Positions 58,319-64,000 of a DNA stretch of 64,000 nt are shown here, in pieces. Below the pieces are notes generated by a model that did no database searches, was not told the DNA's origin, and saw only the letters and a list, made by a program, of their open reading frames with translations. Numbering within the stretch: position 1 is the stretch's first letter; every line of letters starts with the position of its first letter. The position numbers were made by a program, and so were the translations under genes. Origin of the DNA: Candidatus Gastranaerophilales bacterium (GTDB lineage: Bacteria > Cyanobacteriota > Vampirovibrionia > Gastranaerophilales > CAJFVJ01); assembly GCA_944323485.1 (NCBI GenBank), contig CALUSR010000001.1:482123-546122 (forward strand). The letters are read 5' to 3'.

Positions 58319-59908
58319 ATGAAAGTATTAATTACCGATAAAATAAATCAAATAGCCGGTGATATTCTCAAAGACGTTGCTCAGGTTGATTTTCTTGAAA
58401 CAATGCCTGAGGATGAGCTGGCAGAGAAAATTAAAGATTATGACGCACTGATGATAAGAAGCCAGACAAAGGTTACTGCGAAAATTTTGCAGAATGCCGA
58501 TAAGTTGAAAATTGTCGGTCGTGCAGGTGTCGGCGTTGATAACGTTGATTTGGATGCTGCTACCCAGAAGGGCATAATTGTTGTTAACTCTCCTGATGGC
58601 AACACAACTGCAGCTGCAGAGCATACGATTGCCCTTATGCTTGCTATGACACGTTATATCCCCGAGGCTCATCAGTCAACCATAAGCGGAAAATGGGAAC
58701 GCTCAAAGTTCACTGGAAACGAAGTTTTCAATAAAACACTCGGGATTATCGGACTCGGAAAAATCGGTTCCCGTGTTGCGAAAGCTGCAATTGCACTCGG
58801 TATGAAAGTTCTTGTATGTGACCCTTATGCATCTCAAGAGCATATTGATGAACTCGGAGCAAAGAGAATTAAGAGTCTTGATGAATTTTGGCCTTTGTGT
58901 GATTTCATCACTTTGCATGTTCCGAAAACAAGAGAAACAATGTATTTGATAAACAAAAATACTCTCAACAGAATGAAGAAGGGTGTAAGAATTATCAACT
59001 GTGCAAGAGGAGCTCTGATTGATGAAGAAGCTCTCAAGGAGGCTATTGAATCAGGTCAGGTGGCTGCTGCTGCGATTGACGTTTATGAAAGCGAGCCGGT
59101 AAAACCTGAGTGTCCGCTTCTTCATTGCAACGGTCATATTCTGCTGACTCCTCACCTCGGAGCAAGTACAAAAGAAGCCCAGCTTAATGTTGCAATTGAT
59201 GTTGCAGAACAAATCAGGGATGTATTAGCAGGCGGTTCTGCAAAGAGTGCTGTTAATATTCCTTATTTGAAAGCTGATAAACTCGAACCTGTAAAGGATT
59301 ATATGCTTCTTGCAGAAAATATCGGTAAGCTTATTCGCCAGCTTGCTGATGGAGCAACGAAAAATATTGCAATTATTGCAAAAGGTGCACTTGCCGAGCT
59401 TGATATTACGCCTTTGAAGACTGCCGTATTGAAAGGTGTTTTGTCTTCATCTCTTGAGGGTGTAAATTATGTAAATGCTCCGTTGATAGCAAAAGCACGC
59501 AACATTAGCATAGAAGATACAAAAATCAGCGGTAACTGCAACTATAGCGGTATGATTGAAGTTAAGCTGATTACTGACTCGGATGATGTGCATACTGTTG
59601 CTGGTGCTATGATTGCTGATAATACTCCACGTATCGTGAAGATTGATGATTATAACATGAGTATTTCGTCATCAGAACATATGCTGATTATTCCTCATGA
59701 AAACAAACCTGCTATGATTGCTCAGGTTGCAACAATTCTTGGTGCTGCAAACATCAACATAAGCATGATGCAGGTTGTCGATGACAAAATTAACCCGAAA
59801 GAAAAATCGATTATGATTATAAACATCGATCAGACTGTAGGAGATGATTTGATTGAAAAAATCAATGAAATTGACGGCATTTGCTCAGCAAAATATATTC
59901 ATATTTAA
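58319..59908 (+). CDS. serA: D-3-phosphoglycerate dehydrogenase (long form with ACT domain)
   Basis: RAGVGVDNVD, GIIGLGKIG, INCARG, AA.DV...EP, TPHLGAST.EAQ. Confidence 0.96.
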   Translation: MKVLITDKINQIAGDILKDVAQVDFLETMPEDELAEKIKDYDALMIRSQTKVTAKILQNADKLKIVGRAGVGVDNVDLDAATQKGIIVVNSPDGNTTAAAEHTIALMLAMTRYIPEAHQSTISGKWERSKFTGNEVFNKTLGIIGLGKIGSRVAKAAIALGMKVLVCDPYASQEHIDELGAKRIKSLDEFWPLCDFITLHVPKTRETMYLINKNTLNRMKKGVRIINCARGALIDEEALKEAIESGQVAAAAIDVYESEPVKPECPLLHCNGHILLTPHLGASTKEAQLNVAIDVAEQIRDVLAGGSAKSAVNIPYLKADKLEPVKDYMLLAENIGKLIRQLADGATKNIAIIAKGALAELDITPLKTAVLKGVLSSSLEGVNYVNAPLIAKARNISIEDTKISGNCNYSGMIEVKLITDSDDVHTVAGAMIADNTPRIVKIDDYNMSISSSEHMLIIPHENKPAMIAQVATILGAANINISMMQVVDDKINPKEKSIMIINIDQTVGDDLIEKINEIDGICSAKYIHI

Positions 59909-59924
59909 CAGGATATAACAAAGT

Positions 59925-59956
59925 AAAAAGCCCTTCCTTTTTTGGAAGGGCTTTTT
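59925..59956. terminator. Bidirectional terminator
   Basis: AAAAAGCCCTTCC-TTTTTT-GGAAGGGCTTTTT. Confidence 0.85.
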
Positions 59957-59963
59957 GTGTCTG

Positions 59964-60134
59964 TCAATTTTTCAGCCATATTATTTTAGGCGAAGTATGG
60001 TCAATTTGATTTTGTCTTAAGGCGCTTTCAAAGTTTTTATATGTTTCCTCTGCCTCTTCTTTTGAGCTTCCTAAATAAGCAGGCGGATGGTTTGCATTAA
60101 GATATGTTGTTGTTTCACATCCTTGAGGGGTTAT
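59964..60134 (-). other. Open -1 frame extension (56 aa) of ORF 60131-60724
   Basis: Entered through A_AAA_AAA just before the TAA; ITPQGCETTTYLNANHPPAYLGSSKEEAEETYKNFESALRQNQIDHTSPKIIWLKN. Confidence 0.5.
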
Positions 60135-60724
60135 TTTTTTCTTAGTGTTTCCACTTTATTCCCGTCGCAGTCGTAAGTATTTTTGATTGTAATAATTTCA
60201 TCAGCATCTTCTTCTTTACCTCCTAAAAGATAAATCATATTGTTAAGATGCGGGCTATCAGGTATTCTCAACAATTTGTAACTTCCGGTCCATGGCTGAA
60301 GAGGATGTTTTACAACTTTATTTTCAAGCATTCCATGTTTTCCGTAGGTTGAGGAAATTGTGGTCAGCCTCATTCCATCATCATTCATATCTACAATTTT
60401 TTTTGAGCTGCCATTGGCATCTTGCCATATTATTTTTGTGAGCTTGCCCTCAGGATTAATTATTTTTGTTATTTTTGATGTTTGTTTATCCGTCACTTCT
60501 TTTCTCAGTCCGTTTGGAAGAGATGTGACTGTTACTTTGTCACTGCTTTCGAACATTTGGCGTTTGCCGAAGTTGATATTTGATTTACCGAGAGCTGCAA
60601 GATAGTTTAAAGAGTTTGTGATTCTTCCGTTGTTTTGTTGTGATACCGCAGGTATTTTGTTGTTAATGGCATCTTTTTGAGAAGGCATTTGCCGCCATGC
60701 CGTGCTAAGGGATGTGATTTTCAT
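60131..60724 (-). CDS. Hypothetical protein (possibly frameshifted at its C-terminus)
   Basis: GAGG RBS; low-complexity N-terminus and beta-rich repeats. Confidence 0.7.
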   Translation of the reverse strand: MKITSLSTAWRQMPSQKDAINNKIPAVSQQNNGRITNSLNYLAALGKSNINFGKRQMFESSDKVTVTSLPNGLRKEVTDKQTSKITKIINPEGKLTKIIWQDANGSSKKIVDMNDDGMRLTTISSTYGKHGMLENKVVKHPLQPWTGSYKLLRIPDSPHLNNMIYLLGGKEEDADEIITIKNTYDCDGNKVETLRKK

Positions 60725-60856
60725 CTTAACTTATCCTCTTTTAGTCCTATCAGAATAGGAAACATCTGAACAACAAAATTTGACAGGCAAAAGTTTTTCA
60801 TCTTAGTAAGAAGCTTATATTTGTAGGAAAAGATGTTGTAAAAATTTGTTAATTAG

Positions 60857-61519
60857 TTATTTTTTGTAGGCGATGAAAGATTTTGTCAGGCCGCAAAATT
60901 TTTCTTCAAAAATTTCTGCATCGGAAAATAAATCAGAAAATTCTTTTTTTGATAGAAGAAGTATTTCTTCACATGTTTGTCTTGCTTTTTCTTTTTCAGG
61001 TATTTTCTCAAAATTTCCCAGAGAAAAATGCTGCACCAGAAATGTTCGAAAACCAAGCGGCAAAAATTGGAAAAACGGAAAAATAAAATGAGGTTCTATC
61101 GGGAAATATTTATTCGGTGTTTGTATGAAATACCTGATTGCAAGACGTCTTATCTCTGATGCCATTCTGTGTTGGTTATCATAGTTTCCTAAGTGCTCTA
61201 TTGTTGAATTTGAAAAGACTATATCAAAATTGTTGTCGTCAAATTGAGATAAATCTCTTGCATCACCTTCTATTGAAATGAAATTTTTCGGAAGATTTTC
61301 TTCTTTTTTCAAATTTACCAGAGTAAATTCAAAATCTTCATTGTCAGCTATTCCCATCTGCTTCCAGTAGAGATAAGTTCCTCCGATATCAAGAATTCTG
61401 ATTTTCCCTTTTAAATCAGAGATAAACTCTTTGAAAAATTCAAAACGTTTTCTCCTCATCTGATTTGAGAGAGAGTTTTCATTTTTTATGTCGACTAATT
61501 TGTACAGGATATTTTTCAT
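60857..61519 (-). CDS. Class I SAM-dependent methyltransferase
   Basis: ILDIGGT, GDAR.L..F.DN.FDIVFSNS.IEH.G, QTPN.YFPIEPH. Confidence 0.88.
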   Translation of the reverse strand: MKNILYKLVDIKNENSLSNQMRRKRFEFFKEFISDLKGKIRILDIGGTYLYWKQMGIADNEDFEFTLVNLKKEENLPKNFISIEGDARDLSQFDDNNFDIVFSNSTIEHLGNYDNQHRMASEIRRLAIRYFIQTPNKYFPIEPHFIFPFFQFLPLGFRTFLVQHFSLGNFEKIPEKEKARQTCEEILLLSKKEFSDLFSDAEIFEEKFCGLTKSFIAYKK

Positions 61520-61702
61520 AATTTTAATTATAAATTAAAACTTTTAAATTCTGTTTTATTTTATTACGATTCAACCATCCGGTGCAGAGATTTTACAAGA
61601 AATAATTACTATGTAAATTTTTGTAAATTATAGTTTTTCTGTTGAAATTGGTAGGAGAAAAAAGTTTTTACATATATATGAAGTATTGAAAGGTTATATA
61701 TT

Positions 61703-63904
61703 ATGAGTGTTGAAGAATTGCGGTTAAAAAATCCAGAATTGGTCGAAGCACAGCAAAGCTCCGGTTCGAAAACGAATAATGTTTCAACAAATGAAGCAGA
61801 TACTTGGGGATATATAATTGACGGCAGTTCTACAAGTACAGCATCTCAAACGGAGAGCACTGAGTTGGTCAGCGAAGATGATGCCGTAGTAGGCGGAGAG
61901 CTGGATATTAATCCATTTTCAATGGTAGATGACAGTGCTATCAAAGCGGAATATATGAGTCTTGATACTGATAATGACGGTGTTCTGACAAAAGAAGAGT
62001 TGCTGTCATGGGATGGCATTATAGATGGTATAAACGGAACTCTTGATAATCTTAAAGCAGTTTTTACCGGTTTAGGGTTGAAAGTAGATGATGCATCAGG
62101 CAGCACTTCTGCTCCTTCCGATGATGGTGAAGCTAATGCATCAACTGATGTTCCTGTTGAAAATACTCAACCTGCAGAATCAGGAGAAGAGATTATGCCT
62201 GATGCTGTGAAGATAGACGATTTGAAAGATGCTACTAAAGATGAATTTAAAGAAGTGGCAAAACAGTCTGAAGAATTGTGGAAAGAAATAGAAAACATTG
62301 GGATGAACGATGTTTTCAAACTTATAGATACTGATGAAGACGGCAAAGTAAGCGAAGAAGAGCTTCAGGCAATAGCTGAGCTTGATAGCGAAGATAATGA
62401 AGACGGCAAAGATTCAATATCAATAGACGATTTGAAAAAAGCAGTCGAAAATGACAAGGCAGCTAAAGCAGAAGAAGCTAAGGCACAAGAAACAGCTAAA
62501 GCAAAAGAAGAGGCAAACAAAACTGATACTCAGGCAGTCAAACAAAATACTTCTACTCCACGTAGCAGCGGAGTATCAGGAGGCGGCGGAGTCGGCGGTT
62601 CATCGGGAGCAGGCGGCGGATCTTATGGCGGCGGCACATCAGGAGTGTCAGGTGCTTCAACATCAGACCTCCCGAAAGCCGAAACACTTGAGGACTTACA
62701 ACAGCAAAAAACTCAGCTTGAAACAGAAATAGCAGATAAACAATCAGAGATGTCAGAAATAAGCGCCGGTACATCCGATAAAGTTTCAGCTGAAAAACAG
62801 GCGATGGAAGATGCCAAAAAAGATATGGAAGACGCCATCAAAAATGATGACAAAATAAATAAAGAAACAAAAGACGAATATCTTGAGCTGACTAATAATA
62901 TAGAAAAAAACAATCAGGCTATTTCTGAAAACGAATCAGAAACAATGCAGACAGAAAGTTCTATATCTCAAACAGAGTCATCTATTTCGACTCTTGAAAG
63001 TTCATTAAATTCATTGACATTAAGCGGAGAAGAAGATGATGAACAAAAGGCTAAAATTGAAGCCAGAAGAAGCGAGCTTGAGTCTCAAATTTCTGATAAG
63101 AAAGCCGAACTTGAAGATTTGAAAGCTAAAAAAGAAGAACTCGAATCGGAAAAAACTGATTTAGAAAAGGAAAAAGCAGATCTTGATAAACAGAAAGCAG
63201 AATTGGAAAAAGAAATTCTTAAAAATGCTTCTCCTGAAACAAAGGCGGCTATAGAGGCTTATAACACAGCTCAACAAGATTTTGAGTCGGCAAAAACAGA
63301 AGCACTTTCAACTGCAAAAAGTGAGCTTGATACGAAAGTTAAAGAACTTTCTGAAGTTGAGCAGAAAATAAATGAAAAACAAGATCAGGAAGCAAAAGGA
63401 CCTACTTTTGATTTTGAAGAAGGCGAATATTCTGAAGCAGAGATGGCTGCTTTTGAAGCAAACTGGGCAGAAAATAAGGAAAGATATGAAGCTGTTGCAG
63501 AAAAAACGGGTGTCCCCGCAGAGTTGATAGCTGCAATTCACTGGAGAGAAGGCAGCGGTAACTTTGATACATATCTCCATAATGGAGATCCTCTCGGTTC
63601 TCCGACGACACATGTCCCTGCAGGTATCTATTTTGATAACTGGGAAGAAGCGGCAATTGATGCCATAAGTTCTCACCGTGGCGATTCAACACTGACTGCT
63701 GACAGTACCGATCTTGATGCGATGGCTGACTTTGCAGAGAGATATAACGGTCTTGGATATAGAAATCGCGGAGTTCCTTCAGCTTATGTTTGGGCAGGTA
63801 CAGACCAGTATACATCAGGAAAATTTGTAGCAGACGGTCAGTATGACCCGAATGCTGTAGACCAACAACTCGGAGTTATGTTGATGTTGAAACACATTAT
63901 GTAA
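61703..63904 (+). CDS. EF-hand / coiled-coil / lysozyme-like domain protein (733 aa)
   Basis: EF-hand loops DTDNDGVLTKEEL and DTDEDGKVSEEEL; Gly/Ser linker; long coiled coil; C-terminal IAAIHWRE..G.F...LHNGDP...HVPAG...WEEAAIDA...ERYNGLGY..RG.PS.YVWAGT.QY..GKFVADG.YDP..VDQQLG. Confidence 0.85.
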   Translation: MSVEELRLKNPELVEAQQSSGSKTNNVSTNEADTWGYIIDGSSTSTASQTESTELVSEDDAVVGGELDINPFSMVDDSAIKAEYMSLDTDNDGVLTKEELLSWDGIIDGINGTLDNLKAVFTGLGLKVDDASGSTSAPSDDGEANASTDVPVENTQPAESGEEIMPDAVKIDDLKDATKDEFKEVAKQSEELWKEIENIGMNDVFKLIDTDEDGKVSEEELQAIAELDSEDNEDGKDSISIDDLKKAVENDKAAKAEEAKAQETAKAKEEANKTDTQAVKQNTSTPRSSGVSGGGGVGGSSGAGGGSYGGGTSGVSGASTSDLPKAETLEDLQQQKTQLETEIADKQSEMSEISAGTSDKVSAEKQAMEDAKKDMEDAIKNDDKINKETKDEYLELTNNIEKNNQAISENESETMQTESSISQTESSISTLESSLNSLTLSGEEDDEQKAKIEARRSELESQISDKKAELEDLKAKKEELESEKTDLEKEKADLDKQKAELEKEILKNASPETKAAIEAYNTAQQDFESAKTEALSTAKSELDTKVKELSEVEQKINEKQDQEAKGPTFDFEEGEYSEAEMAAFEANWAENKERYEAVAEKTGVPAELIAAIHWREGSGNFDTYLHNGDPLGSPTTHVPAGIYFDNWEEAAIDAISSHRGDSTLTADSTDLDAMADFAERYNGLGYRNRGVPSAYVWAGTDQYTSGKFVADGQYDPNAVDQQLGVMLMLKHIM

Positions 63905-63943
63905 TATATCTTAATGCTTTTCAAAAAAAATTCAATTTTTATC

Positions 63944-63979
63944 AAAAACAGCCGATATCATGCATAAAGGCTGTTTTTT
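63944..63979. terminator. Intrinsic terminator
   Basis: AAAAACAGCC-15 nt-GGCTGTTTTTT. Confidence 0.7.
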
Positions 63980-64000
63980 GAAGAAAGAAGGTTTTTGCTA

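Overview
The 64 kb window is AT-rich bacterial chromosome. Its gene content suggests a non-photosynthetic, flagellated relative of cyanobacteria (Vampirovibrionia/Melainabacteria, probably Gastranaerophilales); this is an inference from the cyanobacterial-type atp operon (a, c, b', b, delta, alpha, gamma, with no beta/epsilon) together with flagellar genes and fermentative glycolysis genes. Most of the window is housekeeping: tonB-exbB-exbD-exbD, dusB, atp, rlmB, a sigma70, lysS, queA, gatA, pheA, ispD, thiL, polA, coaX, gap, pfp, PBP1A, ribD, zupT, obgE and serA. It also holds flagellar and pilus genes (fliJ, fliK-like, hook/rod, flhB, fliA, pilMN-like, pilO-like) and one tRNA-Arg(CCT). I saw no CRISPR array, transposase, integrase or prophage. 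The most unusual signal is three small accessory islets at about 10.9-12.4, 26.9-27.8 and 53.9-54.9 kb. They contain small HTH genes and/or members of a small helical protein family, CGTC-type REP-like palindromes and, in two islets, a ~165-nt structured repeat with a compensatory base-pair change and a triplex-type mirror repeat. Other leads are an A_AAA_AAA -1 frameshift candidate at 60.1 kb, a near-consensus sigma28 promoter beside fliA, a shared N-terminal LNxLAxxGxxN motif in two orphan proteins, a QLSLF clamp motif in PolA, and an EF-hand/coiled-coil/lysozyme fusion protein. All alignments and counts were done by eye; no database searches were run.
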